Shown piece after piece: positions 1 to 12,221 of a stretch of DNA of 64,000 nucleotides (positions within the stretch are counted from its first letter, which is position 1; the number at the start of each line of letters is the position of its first letter). The notes under the pieces were generated by a model. It searched no databases, had not been told where the DNA came from, and worked only from the letters and a program-made list of their open reading frames with translations. Location: the NCBI RefSeq assembly GCF_018350175.1, contig NC_058383.1, positions 30,134,001-30,198,000 of the forward strand, written 5' to 3'. This DNA comes from Felis catus. Its lineage: Eukaryota. Both the position numbers and the translations under genes were made by a program.

Positions 1-24
1 AAAATACATGCATAATAAAAATAT

Positions 25-215
25 ACTGAGCATAAACTATGTATGAGGCACTGTTATGATGGAATGACACTTAATTAACTTCTCATAAGAAGTTAGCTAA
101 TATTATTATACCCCATTTAATGAATAGGAAGCTAAGGAAGAGAGAAAGTTCCCCCTCTAAAGTTACTGAGTGGTGGAATTGGAATTTGTAACCTAGGCTT
201 GTCTGAATTCAAAGG
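25..215 (-). mobile_element. MIR SINE, degenerate
   Basis: Antisense MIR motifs: aggcactgt..., attattataccccattt, ggaatttgtaacctaggcttgtctga. Confidence 0.6.
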
Positions 216-344
216 GATATTTCTTCTGCTGCGTTATGTGTTCTGTCTGGAAGAATACCTAATAGTAATGAGTAGTTACCTCCAAGAGTGAAGTATGGGG
301 GAGGGGTTCCATGACTCCAGACAGTAGTGAATGAGATGTTAGCC

Positions 345-555
345 TTTAATTTTTTGACAATTATAGGAAACAATGCAGAGAGATACTGTGTAACGTTTAC
401 TCATTTTCTACCAATGATGATAATATCTTGCAAAATTATAGTAAAATATTACAACCAGAATACTGACATTGATATAATCCACTGATCTTGTTTACATTTA
501 CCCACTTTTACTTGTACTCATTCATGTGTGTGTTTTTAGCTCTATGTGCCTTTTA
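345..555 (-). mobile_element. Old L1M (L1MC-like) 3' end fragment
   Basis: ccaatgatgataatatcttgcaaaattatagtaaaatattacaaccagaatactgacattgatataatcc resembles an antisense L1MC 3' UTR. Confidence 0.6.
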
Positions 556-559
556 AACC

Positions 560-945
560 ATTTTTTGAGCAATTTTAGATTCACAGAATTGAGAGGCAGG
601 TGTACATTTCCCCCTATTCTCCCTGCCCCAACACATGCATAACCTCCCCCGTTATCAATATCCATCCCCCCCCCCGAATGGTACATTATTATAAATGATG
701 AACCTACATTGACAAACCACTATCACCCAAAGTCTACAGTTGACATTAGGTCCATCTTGGTGTTGTACATTCTCCGGGTTTGGACACATGTCACATGTAT
801 CCAGTGTCTGCACTGGAGCATTTCTGCTTTCCTACACACCTTCTGTGCTCTGCCTATTTATCTCCTCCTTTGCTTTACACACCTGGTAACCACTGATCTT
901 TTTATTATTTCCATAGTTTTTGCTTTTCCAGAATGTCCTGTGGTT
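560..945 (-). mobile_element. Old L1M (L1MC/L1MD-type) 3' end
   Basis: gatgaacctacattgacaaaccactatcacccaaagtctacagttgacattagg...ctggtaaccactgatctttttatt...ttttccagaatgtc is the characteristic antisense 3' UTR. Confidence 0.75.
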
Positions 946-3900
946 TTCTTCTAGTTGTTTCAGTTTCAGATTTTCCACTTAAATCTTTAATCCATTTTGA
1001 GTTGATCTTTATAAATCATTTGAGATAAGGTTGCCCCTATTTACATCCATCTGCAAGTGGAGATCCAGTTTTCCCAGTACCATTTATAGACAACACTATC
1101 CTTTCCCCATTGTGTGTTCTTGGCACCTTTGTCAAAGATCAATTGACTATAACTGCATGGATTTATTTCTGGACTCTCTGTTCCACTGGTCTGTATGTCT
1201 ATTTTAAAGCCAGTACCATACTGTTTGGATTACTATAGCCTTGTTGAACATTTTGAAATAAGGTAGTGTCATACCTCCACTATGTTCTTCCTCAAGATAG
1301 CTTTGGATAGTTGGGGTCTTTTTTGGTTCCATATGAATTTTACAATTGTTTTTACTATTTCTGTGAAAAATACCATCGGAATTTGAATAAGATTTGCATT
1401 GAATCTGTAGGTCTTTGGGGGTAGTATGGACATTTAAAAATATCCCAATCCATGAAAATAGGATATTTTCCCACTTATTTGTATCATCTTCAGTTTCTTT
1501 CATCAGCATTTATAGTTTTTAGTATCAGGTCTTTCATTTCATTGGTTAAGTGTATTCATAAGTATTTTATTCTTTTTCATCCCATTGTAAATGGGATTGC
1601 TTTCATAATTTATTTTCCACATATTTCACTGTCAGTGTGTAGCAATAGAACTGATTTTTTTGTATGTTGATTTTGTATCCTGCAACTTTACTAAATTCCT
1701 TTATTCTAACAGTTTTTTTGGTGGTGTCTTTAGGGTTTTTACATATAAGATCACATCATCTGCAACAATTTTCCTACTTCCTTACCTATTTGGATGCCAT
1801 TTATTTCTTTCTGTTGTCTAATTACTTTGGCTAGGACTTCTGGTACTACATTGAGTGGAAGTAGTGACAACAGTATCTTTGTCTTGTTCCTGATCCAAGA
1901 GGAAAAACTTTTAGCTTTTCATTATTAAGTATGAGTAGCTGTTGGCTTGTCACATATGGGCTGTCTTTTGTTGAGGTATACTCCTTCTATACCTTATCAT
2001 TGAAAGTTTTATTTTTTAATCATAAACAAATATTGAATAATGTCAAATACTTTTTCTGCATCTATTGAGGTAATCATATGGTTTTTATCCTTCATCCTTT
2101 TAATGTGGTGTATTACATTTATTGATTTGCATATGTTGGGCCATTCATGCATCCCAGGAATAAATCCCACTTGATCATGATATATGATGATTATAATGTG
2201 CTGTTGAATTTGGCTCGCTAATATTTTCTTGAGGAATTTTGCATCTATATTTATCAGGGATGTTGACCTGTAGTTTTATTTTCTTGTAGATCCTTACCTG
2301 GCTTTGATATAAAGGTAATGTTGGCCTCATAAAGTGAGTTTGGGTGTGTTCCCTTTTCTTTAGATTTTTTTGGAAGAGTTTGAGGGCTGACACTAATTTT
2401 TCTTTAAAAGTTTGGTGGAATTTACCCATAAAACCTTTTGGTTCTGGGTTTTTCTTTGTTGGGAGCTTTTTGATTACCAGTTCAATCTCCTTATTAGTAA
2501 TTGATCTGTTCAACTGTCTATTTCTTCTTGATTAAGACTTGGTAAATTATATGTTTCTAGAGATATACCTATTTCTTTTAGTTTGTCCAATTTTTTGGTA
2601 TATAATTGTTCATAGTAGTCTCTTGTGATATTTTGTATTTCTGTGGTATCAGTTATAATATCTCCTTTCATTTTTTATTTTATTTATTTGAGTCTTTTTT
2701 TCCTTAGTCTAGCTAAAGTTTTATTAATATTGTTTATCTTTACAAAAAACAACTCTTAGTTTCATTGATCTTTTCTATTGTTACTCTAGTTTCTATTTCA
2801 TTTATTTCTGCTCTGATATTTATTCTTTCCTTCCTTATGCTAACTTTATTTAGTTTGTCCTCCTTTTTCTACTTCCTTAAGGTGTAAAGTTAGGTTGTTT
2901 GTTTGACACTTTGTCTTTTCTTTTTTAAAAGTTATTTATTTATTTGTTTTGAGAGAGAAAAAGAACATGTGCATGAGTGGGGGAGGGTCAGAGAAAGGGG
3001 GAGAGACAGAATCCAAAGTAGGTTTCACACTGTCAATGCAGAGCCCAATATGGGGTTCGATCTCACAAACTGTGAGATCATGATCTGAGCCAAAACCAAG
3101 AGTCAGACACTTAACTGGTTCCCTTTCTCTTTTCTTCTTAGTGTGGGCATTCATTGCTATAAATTTCCCTCTTAAAACTGCTTTGGCTATCTTCCATAGG
3201 TTTTGGTATTTGATATTCCCATTTCCATTTGTCTCAAGATATTGTTTCTCCTTTTGATTTCTTCTTTGACCCACTGATTATTCAGAGGTGTACATTTAAT
3301 ACCTACATATTTGTGAATTTTCCAGTTTTCATCTTGTTATTGATTTCTAGTTTCATACCACTGTAACTGAAAAGATACTTGTTATGATTTCTATCTTCTT
3401 ACATTGTTTAAGACTTATCTTACTTATATGATCTATCCTGGAGAATGTTCCATGTGCACTTGAAAAGAATGTGTATTCTGCTGCTATTGAATGGAATGTT
3501 ATGTATATGTCTGTTGGGTGTGTTTACTCTAAAGTATAGTTTAAGTCCAGTATTTCCTTATTGATTATCTGGATGATATACCCATTGTTGAAAGTGAGGT
3601 ATTGAAGTCCCCTATTATTTCATTTCTGTCTAAATTTGCCTTCAGAACTCTGCTTAATATATTCAGTATTTGCTAAATATATACAGGTGCTCTGATGTTG
3701 GGCACATGTATGTTGATAACTGTATCTTTCTAGTTAATTATAATTTTATCATTATATAATGATTTTGTCTTCTGTGACAGTTTTTGACTTGAAGTCTATT
3801 TTGTCTGATTTAAGTATGGTCACCCCTGCACTCTTTTGGTTACTATTTGCATTGAATATCTTTTTTCCATCCCTTTCAGGCTATGTGTGTCCTTCAATCT

Positions 3901-4070
3901 GAAGTGAGACTTTTTTATACAAGATATAATATATAATTGGGTCTTAATTTTTTATCCATTCAGCCACTTTATGTCTCTTGGTTGGAGTATTTAATCCATT
4001 TACATTTAAACTAATTATTGATGGCTAAGGACTTCCTATTGCCATCTTGTTAATTATTTTCTGATTGTCG
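946..4070 (-). mobile_element. Decayed L1 covering most of ORF2 (endonuclease through RT), interrupted by a CanSINE
   Basis: Minus-strand ORFs 1204-1509 (EDDTNKWENI...[11 protein letters not shown]), 2175-2513 (MNRSITNKEIELVIKKLPTKK) and part of 2936-3274 are L1 ORF2-like; probable ORF2 start at 4045 (MAIGSP...ISLNVNGLN); many stops and frameshifts. Confidence 0.92.
2921..3117 (-). mobile_element. CanSINE (5' head missing)
   Basis: T tail, (GA)n tract, ggggttcgatctcacaaactgtgagatcatgatctgagcc. Confidence 0.9.
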
Positions 4071-4743
4071 TTCCTTTCCCAACCCTTCCAATAAAGTAAT
4101 AGCTCAAATGTAATTAATCATTCAATATTTAAACCATACAACTACTTATTTATTGATAGGTTATGACCCCGTTAGTACATACAGGCTCATTGCTGGGTCA
4201 AGTAGTATACTTTGATTATCTTTTCCCATTATGTCACTTTATGTTTTCCTTAAGTTGATAATTACCTCATTTTTTCATTTGCTTCATTTTCTATGTATAA
4301 ATTACTTTACATCCTCTAGAGAACTCTAGAAATCATTTTAACACTATTTTTCTCATAGTCAAATGACTCAGTTATTCTGTTGGTTCCACTGTTTTCCTGG
4401 AGATGAATCTATTCATATCTCTCATAACTCTCTGTTTTACTGCTCCAATCTGCTTTAATTGCTCTCTAGGGCTAATTCCCAGATGTCATCAAGGGATCTA
4501 GTTGTCATCATTCCTTTCAAAACAATTCTTGAAATTACCTTTGCCTCTATTCTCTGCTGGATCCCTTCCTCAGGCATCTTATTTTTCTGTCTTTTTGTTT
4601 ACTTCTTTTGTCTGGTGGAACACATTGTCCAACAACTTTCAGAGAACTTGCAAACTGGGGGCAGGGGGAGGAGGGGGGAGGTTCTTTCTTATACTTAACT
4701 ATAGTTTGAATGGGAATAGAATTCTTATCTGGAAGCCGTTATT

Positions 4744-4952
4744 TTCTTAATGTTTATTTATTTATTTTGAGAGAAAGAGAAAGAGAGGGCATGCTAGCTG
4801 GGGAGGAGCAGAGAGAGACTGAGAGAGAATCCCAAGCAGACTGTGTCAGTGCACAGCCAGACATGGGGCTTGATCTCATGAACTGGGAGATCATGATCTT
4901 AGCCAAAACCAAGAGTCAGACACTTAACTGAATGGGCCACCCAGGCTGTCCC
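4744..4952 (-). mobile_element. CanSINE with TSD
   Basis: Full body; flanks tatctggaagccgttatt (4726-4743) and tatctggaagtcattatt (4954-4971). Confidence 0.93.
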
Positions 4953-5365
4953 ATATCTGGAAGTCATTATTAATCAGAATTTTGACATCATTGCTATATT
5001 GCCTCTTAGTCTCCAATCCCATTGTTAAGAAATCTAATACCACACTGATTTCCAATGCTTTGTGTGTTATCTGCTCTTTTTCTCTTTTAAAGCAATTTAA
5101 TGTTTTTCTTTACTGACATGGTTTTTGAAGTTAATAATGATATGTCTTAGTTTTGTTTTGTTTTGTTTTTTTTTAAACCAGTATTTTTGTTGTTGCTGCT
5201 GTTGGTTGTTCTGGGCATTTGGTTGGGAAAAGAGTATTTTCCAAGCCTGGGAAATTTTCTTGTATTTTTTCTTTGATAATTTCCTTCCTTTGTGATTCCT
5301 GTACTATTTTTTTTTTAGACTCTTAGTGAAATATTGGACCTCTTGGATTGATGCTCAAATTAAAA

Positions 5366-5403
5366 ATGTGTGTGTGTGCGTGCGCGCGCGCACGCACGCG
5401 TAT
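5366..5403. repeat. (TG)n(CG)n alternating purine-pyrimidine tract
   Basis: Read directly; contains a perfect 22-bp palindrome at 5376-5397. Confidence 0.95.
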
Positions 5404-6829
5404 TTCCGTCTTTGTCTTTTGGCTCTCCTTCCTCCGAGATGTCCTTGTTTTTTTTTTATCTTCCTACTCTTAGGCTTATTTAGTTCTTTAAAAGGATTGG
5501 TTATGATGTTTATGATGTTTGAATTTAAATGAGCTCTTCCATGCATTATGATAATTCCTCTATTTACTGGATCCTGTTTCATGGGTGTTTCATGAATTAC
5601 AATATAATATTAGCTATAATGGTAGCTAATATTAATTGAGCCAGAGAGTATTCTGAGAACTTTACAAAACTAGCTGCTTTAATTCCCAGAATTGGTTTGA
5701 AGTCAGGGAGTGGTTCTCCCAAAGGAAAGAAAGGCATCGATTACACAAGAAAAGGAAATGGATGCGGGACACCAAAGATGACAGATACCCACTACAGAAT
5801 GATTCAAAGCAATACGTGCCTACCAGGGCCCAGGCACTATGACAGGCACAGGGGCTGGGAACATGGAGAGGGAAAAAGGCACCAGTCTGCTGTGTTCACA
5901 TTCTTTAATACAGTTGGAAGCTAATGTCATTTGCCACTTGTCAGCCCCTGATGAATTCCTCCCCCAGTGCCTTGAAGCAGCCAGAAGCTCTGCAGGAAAG
6001 GCAGGCTGGAGGGGGAGGAGGGAAGGGAGGGGACCTAAGAGTTGCTCCTTCTTTGTGAAAAACTCTGATGGGAAAATTGTCAGCTGTACTCCCACCCTCT
6101 CTGAAAGTCAGTGTGATGCTGCGTCCATCTTAATCACCATCGGAGAGAGCAGGCATTTTAATAAGCAGCATTATTCATGAAAACTTTGTTCTCCTTTCCC
6201 ACTTCCTTCCAAAATAAGATAGACGTGAACTTGGAATGAACTCATTTGCCTCCTTCTTCTTGCCTCTTCTGCATATTCAAAGCTACTACCTTCTCCCTGT
6301 GGCCCCATCCTCTGAACATCTCCCGGGGAGTAGGGGAGAAATGGCTGTCCACATGGAGGGAAGGGAGGGTGTTGCTGAAGGTGCCTGGGTCACCACAGGG
6401 TAGAGCTCACTGGACCTGCCCCTGGGAAGTGACAGATGAAGGAGACGGGATCCCTGCTGTGGCAGAACTTAGATTTCATTCGTGCAATGAATAGATTATT
6501 TAACAAGTATTCATCGGCCACTTAAAGTGTACTTTGCTGAGTATACAAACAGTGAATCAGATATGATTTCTATCCCCAGAAGATCTGTCAATTTATTCAA
6601 CAAATATTTTTGAGCTGTGCACAGACCCCAGACAGGATCATTAGAATGCAAGTAGTCCTTGTATTCATTGTGCTGGAGGAAGTTATTGATCACCCATATT
6701 TTCAGGCACTGTACTGGACCCTGACCCTTTGACAAGAGTCAAAGCCCTTGTGCTGTGCAGAGTCTGGAAGAGGAAAAAGCTAGAAAAAGAAAAATCAATA
6801 AAACACATTATCTGTAATGGTAAATGCCA

Positions 6830-7200
6830 TAGATAACAGACCCATCTCAGAAATTCTCCATGGGTTTAGAGGAGCTGACCCCACTGTACTCTCAGGGATG
6901 GGCATATGAACAGGGGCAGGACTTGAGCAGAATTAATAACACAACCCAGAAACTTTGCTCTGACCCTTTGGTTATAGGCATGCAATTTATGCTCGACTTT
7001 TTTTCAGTGCATACAATCGCCCCGTTATCACATGGAGAGAGTCTGAGAATAAAACCAAGGCAGAGTAAAGTGGGGGCAAAGAGGGATAGAGATAGACCAA
7101 GCCCTCATGACGTAATTTGAGTGTCTGAAATGAGTCACCTGTCCAGTTTGTGGATCATGAAATCACTCCCTTGACCTAAACCAGTTTGAGCTCTGTCCCT
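6830..7200 (+). mobile_element. MaLR (MLT1K/L-like) LTR relic
   Basis: gaggagctgacccc...gggatggggcatatga and 3' ctaaaccagtttgagct resemble old MLT1 LTRs. Confidence 0.4.
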
Positions 7201-7294
7201 AAGTAATATAAGACCTGAGAGATCATCTATCCCGACTCTTTAGGCTTTGCGGAATCAGGGATGGCCATGTGTCATATATGTCCAGTTTCTACCA

Positions 7295-7680
7295 TAGTGA
7301 TTTTTTCCCCTTCGTACAGAAGAAAACCTGAGACTCAGAGAAGTTATTTTTTCCCCAAAGTCACATAAGCAATCATGTGGCACCAATGAGATTTGGATTC
7401 AGGTTTATCTGATTCCAAAGATAAAGCTCTTAGCCATCATGGTGGAGGCCCCCTTTACCTTTCATTCAGAAAACGTATTCTTAACTGGTAGTCACTAGAA
7501 GTTTTATGCAGAAATTGTGTGCGCATGCGCACATGTGCACAAGCACGTTATTTAATGCTCACAAAATTTCTGTGAGCTGGATAATTTTATGCTCACTTGG
7601 CAAATGAGAAACCTGAGACTCAGAGACTTAACTTGTGTGAGCTCACATACCATTCAGAGGCAAATCATGGATTAAAAGCT
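7295..7680 (-). mobile_element. Two MIR fragments (about 7295-7440 and 7548-7680)
   Basis: acagaagaaaacctgagactcagagaagtt and caaatgagaaacctgagactcagagac antisense cores. Confidence 0.7.
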
Positions 7681-7919
7681 AAAACTCTCTTGGTCTCAAA
7701 GGCCATCCATGCTCTTTACAGCAAAATATTTCCCCAAATAATGTGATAGCAATGACCGGAGATATATTTCTGTCACCAAGAATATGTATTCCCTGGTCTT
7801 GCTGCTGTCCCCTAAACCTTGGTTCTGTGTACTTTGCAAATGGAGGGGAAAGATGCTGAGTTCTTTGGATCAAAATGGTATCTTTAAAAAAAAATGCCTT
7901 TTCTACTTTCAACAGTTAT

Positions 7920-9180
7920 GGAGATATCATTGTGTAGCTTACTTTTGATCTGATTTTAACAATAGCATACATCTGATAGGATGTGTATTGTTTGCGTTTA
8001 ACTCTAGAGCATAACTCTACGGTAAAACGCAAACATTACAAAAGTATTCACAAAGAAGCCTGGGTCTCTCTCCTACCTACAGTCCCAGTCCCACTCTTCA
8101 GAGGCAGCCATCACCATGGAGTCACATGGTTATTCCAGAAATGATCCACGCACACCCAAACACCCACAGCATACAGGTTCCATGCATCACACTCCCCCCA
8201 GTCCCAAGGGGACATGTGGCAATGTCTGGAGACATTTTTTATTGTCACAACTTGAGTGACACGACTTGAGAGTGGTAGGGGATTTCTACTGACATCCAGT
8301 GGGTAGAGGCCAGGGATCCCGTTAAACATCCTACAATGCACAGAACAACCCCCACAATAAAGAATCATTGGGTCCAAGATGTCAATAGCACTGAAGTGGA
8401 GAGGCCCTCATCTAAAAGATCTTACAGCAATGGCCAAGATATACAAGGCAAATAAACTGAGAAAAGAAATGGGGGGAAAAATTGGGGAGACCCCACGGAA
8501 AACCCAAGAAATGTTATTACTAATATCCTTGTTGAAAACTGGTACCAGCCTATTTGTGGGAGATTTAAACACTTTTTAGAGATACTACTTAGGATATACA
8601 GAAACACTGTAAGCATGATGGCAGTCTACATTAAAAATATAGAATTCATTTTTTTTTACTTTCTTTAATAAAATCAAAAATATTTCAAAGAAAAGAAAAG
8701 AATCACTTTCTAACTTGCTTTTAACACCTAGCAACATAACTTGGACATCCTTCCATACCAGCTTACACTGATAAATTTTGGTGCTTTAAACAGCTTCATG
8801 GTATTCTAGTCAATAGATGTGCCATAATTCATTTAATTAGTCTGTTATTGATAAACATTTAGGTTATTTACAGCATGGGGCTCTTACAAGCCATGCAGCA
8901 AGGGAAAGCTGGTCTACATATGTCTTTGCACACAAATTAATGCACACAAATGAAGATACATTTACAGAGGGTGAAATCACTGAGCCAAAGGGAAAGCATT
9001 TTTTTCTTTGGCAAGTGTTTCCAAGTTGTTCTTTAAAGAAGCTGCACTGGTTTACACACCCACACCAATGAATGCCTCTTTTCCTCACACTCTCATCCAT
9101 AGTGGGTTTTACCAAGCGTTTTAGTTCTTGTCCACCTGAGAAAAATTGGATCTCATTGCTATTTAAAATAGCATTTTATC
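7920..9180 (-). mobile_element. L1ME-like 3' end, interrupted by MER20 and other sequence
   Basis: taacttgcttttaacacctagcaacataacttggacatccttccat; gtagatgtgccataattcatttaa-like; cactggtttacacacccacaccaatgaatg. Confidence 0.6.
8193..8410 (+). mobile_element. MER20 hAT-Charlie relic
   Basis: ggggacatgtggcaatgtctggagacatttttattgtcacaact...gggtagaggccagggatcccgttaaacatcctacaatgcacag. Confidence 0.9.
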
Positions 9181-10158
9181 AATCATGAGCACGGTTGCAC
9201 AGCTTGGATGAGCCGAAGTTACCTGAAGTTCCTGGAAATGGTCCTTTGTTGCTAGAGGAGCAGGAGATGTGCCCTTTCAGAAGGAGGCTTTTTTTTTTTT
9301 TAAACACCTCCCCCCCCCCCCTCCTAGATCCCGACTGATTCTCTCTCAGAGCCCTCAGAAAGTGTGAAGATGATGTCAACACACTTATGACTACCTGCTT
9401 CTCAGAAGCCTACAGATTCAAAGCAGGTGGGGAATCCTGGGCCAGCCCACCCACTCCCTAAGGTATCTGAGAATATTCTAGTCCTTATCTCTAAGACCAG
9501 AGGTTGTTTTTCTAGAAAGCCCAAGAGAGGTTAAAGTCGCAGCAAGTCAGAAGCCGGGCTGTACCCGTGAATAAGCAGATTAATTTATCATAGGCTGATT
9601 AAAAACTAAGTTTCTGTTTCCAGGAGTAGAGTTGAGAGGGTATTTCTTCTTCTGTTACTTATGAGGTCTTTATATCAAGAAGGTGGATGACCAAAGGGGA
9701 AATAAATCAGAAGACAGCTTTAATGCCACCTCCATCTTCCCAAGGGGCAGGGGAGAGGAAAGGTTCATAGTATCTCCCCACACAATGGCTACCATGGGTG
9801 CAGGACATGGTGAGCCTCCAAGAACTGCATAGTGCCTCGAATGGTTAAGAAGTAAAATGCTCTTCTAGTATGGATGATAATGGTAGCCTATGGGCAGCAT
9901 ACATTGACTGATGATCCCACTGCCCAGCGACAGAAAGTTACAGACACACCTTTTTATGGGGCAAGCTGAGTATTAAGAACAAATAGGTATTTAGGATGAT
10001 GAGCTGTTCAGGCACTGGTCACCTCCAGTTCTTTTCCATGATGTCGCCAAATGCCAATCATTCATTTATATTTCAAACAGCACATTTGTTCTCAATCTTG
10101 ATGGCTCATAACCTTGCAGGGAAGAGAGGGTGAACAGGACTGTTCTAATATACCCTTC

Positions 10159-10430
10159 TGTTATGGCTAGACCCCGTATTATTATGCCATCAGCCTATCT
10201 GAAATATTGCCTCTGGGCTATCCACTGTCTTCCCTCAGGGAGGATTCTACCTTTTTGCCCATAGTTATCAGGCTTGGCCATGTGACTTGTTTTGGTAAAT
10301 GGATTCTGAATCGAAATGATGTGAGCTAATTAGGAGCCCAAGTTTGAGGAGTCATTGAGAGGTATTCTACCTCTTTTCTTTGCAACACTATCTGCAATGC
10401 CCCAGATAGGTGTTTACTATCACCCTGGAT
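10159..10430 (+). mobile_element. MaLR MLT1-family LTR, 5' part, cut by the following L1
   Basis: caggcttggccatgtgacttgttttggtaaatgga motif typical of MLT1H-J. Confidence 0.55.
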
Positions 10431-10852
10431 GTTTATTTTGGATTCTTCATTGTAGTATATAGAAATATAACTGATTTTTGCATATTGATATTATATTCTG
10501 TTAACTTGCTGAAATAATTTATTAGCTTCAGCAGTCTTTTTTTTTATTCCTTTGGATTTCCTGTATACAAGATTATGCCATCTGTAAACAGATGCCAGGA
10601 TGCCAGTTTTACTTCTTTCCTTTCAATATGGATACGTTTTAATTTATTTTTCTTGTGTAATTGCCCTGGCTAGAAACTCTAGTGCATGTCAAATGAAAGT
10701 GGCAAAAGTGGACATCCTTATCTTTTTCCCGATCTTAAGAAGAACACTTTCAGTCCTTTACCATTAAGCATGATGTTAGCTGCAGATTTTTTATGGCTGG
10801 TCTTTATTAAGTTGAAATTGTTCCTTTCTACTCCTAGTTTATTGATTATTTT

Positions 10853-11053
10853 CAACGTTTATTTATTTTTGGGACAGAGAGAGACAGCATGAACGGGGGA
10901 GGGGCAGAGAGAGAGGGAGACACAGAATCAGAAGCAGGCTCCAGGCTCTGAGCCATCAGCCCAGAGCCTGACGCGGGGCTCGAACTCACGGACCGCGAGA
11001 TCGTGACCTGGTTGAAGTCGGACGCTTAACCGACTGTGCCACCCAGGCGCCCC
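10853..11053 (-). mobile_element. Young CpG-rich felid CanSINE
   Basis: gacgcggggctcgaactcacggaccgcgagatcgtgacc intact; TSD tttattgattatttt at 10838-10852 and 11056-11070. Confidence 0.97.
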
Positions 11054-11163
11054 AATTTATTGATTATTTTTATCAGGAACAACAGTTGGATTTTTTTCAA
11101 ACGATTTTTCTGCATCTATTGAAATGATCATGTGGTTCTGTCCTTAATTATATTACTCTGATA

Positions 11164-11605
11164 GGGGCATCTGGGTGGCTTAGTTGGTTAAGCGTTCCGA
11201 CTTTGGCTCAGGTTATTATCTTGTGGTTCGTGAGCTTGAGCCCCATGTCAGACTCTGTGCTGACAGCTTATAGCCTGGAGCCTGCTTCAGATTCCACATC
11301 TCTCTTTCTCTGCCCCTCCCCTGCTTGCACTCTCTTTCTTTTTTTAAAAAAAATTTTTTAACATTTATTTATTTTTGAGACAGAGAGAGAGCGCATGAAC
11401 AGGGGAGTGTCAGAGAAAGAGGGAGACAGAGAATCTGAAACAGGCTCCAGGTTCTGAGCTGTCAGCACAGAGCCTGACGCGGGGCTCGAACCCACAGACT
11501 GCGAGATCATGCCCTGAGCCGAAGTCGGACACTTAACCGACTGAGCCACCCAGGCGCCCTTGCACTCTCTCTCTTAAAAATAAATAATAAACATTTAAAA
11601 ATTTT
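11164..11605 (+). mobile_element. CanSINE (host) split by a nested SINE
   Basis: Head ggggcatctgggtggcttagttggttaagcg; tail resumes at 11560 with ttgcactctctctcttaaaaataaataataaac. Confidence 0.93.
11341..11559 (-). mobile_element. CanSINE nested in opposite orientation
   Basis: TSD ttgcactctctttctt (11325-11340) / ttgcactctctctctt (11560-11575). Confidence 0.95.
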
Positions 11606-11994
11606 AAATTATACTAATCTGACATATTACATTGTTCATATATTCTACAACCTTACATTTCTGGAATAAATCCCACTTGGTTATGGTGTATAATTTGTTT
11701 TTGTATTTTGCAGGATATGTCATTTTAGTATTTTGTTCAAGATGTGTTTATGATATTTACAAGGGATATTGGCTTGTAGTTTTCTTGTGATGTCTTCATC
11801 TGGTTTTGGTATTAAGGCCTAATATTGGCTTAATATAATGAGTTGGGAAGTATTTCCTCCCCTTCTATTTTTAAAGATTTTTGGGAAAGATTGTTGTTAT
11901 ATCTTCTTTAAACATTTGGTATAATTTGTCAGTAAAGCCAGCTGGGTCTGGGATTTGTTTTGTGTAAAGTTTTTTCTAAACTTGATATTCAGTT

Positions 11995-12221
11995 AAAAAA
12001 AATTTTTTTTAACATTTATTTATTTTTGAGAGAGAGAGGGAGAGCGAGCGAGAGCATGAGCAGGAGAGGGGCAAAGAGAGAGGGAGACACAGAATCTAAA
12101 GCAGGCTCCAGGCTCCGAGCTTACAGCACAGAGTCTGACACGGGGCTCGAACCCACGAACCGCAAAATCATGATCTGAGCTGAAGTCAGTTGCTTAACCA
12201 ACTGAGCCACCCAGGCACCCC
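11995..12221 (-). mobile_element. CanSINE
   Basis: Full body; TSD gatattcag on both sides. Confidence 0.95.

Larger units (their letters stand above)
4090..5590 (-). mobile_element. Very old L1/HAL1-like 5'/ORF1 region
   Basis: T-rich; tagtttgaatgggaatagaattctt, ttgttaagaaatctaataccacactgatt and gggaaattttcttgtattttttctttgataatttcc resemble antisense old L1 ORF1. Confidence 0.55.

Noticed and set aside
9225..9410. Two STAT GAS motifs (ttcctggaa, ttctcagaa)
   Set aside because: About 170 bp apart and at a frequency compatible with chance.
11358..11549. Recurrent MAQSVK...AQVMIS ORFs (also at 12745, 14733, 22032, 32315, 44740 and others)
   Set aside because: These are CanSINE translations, not a gene family.
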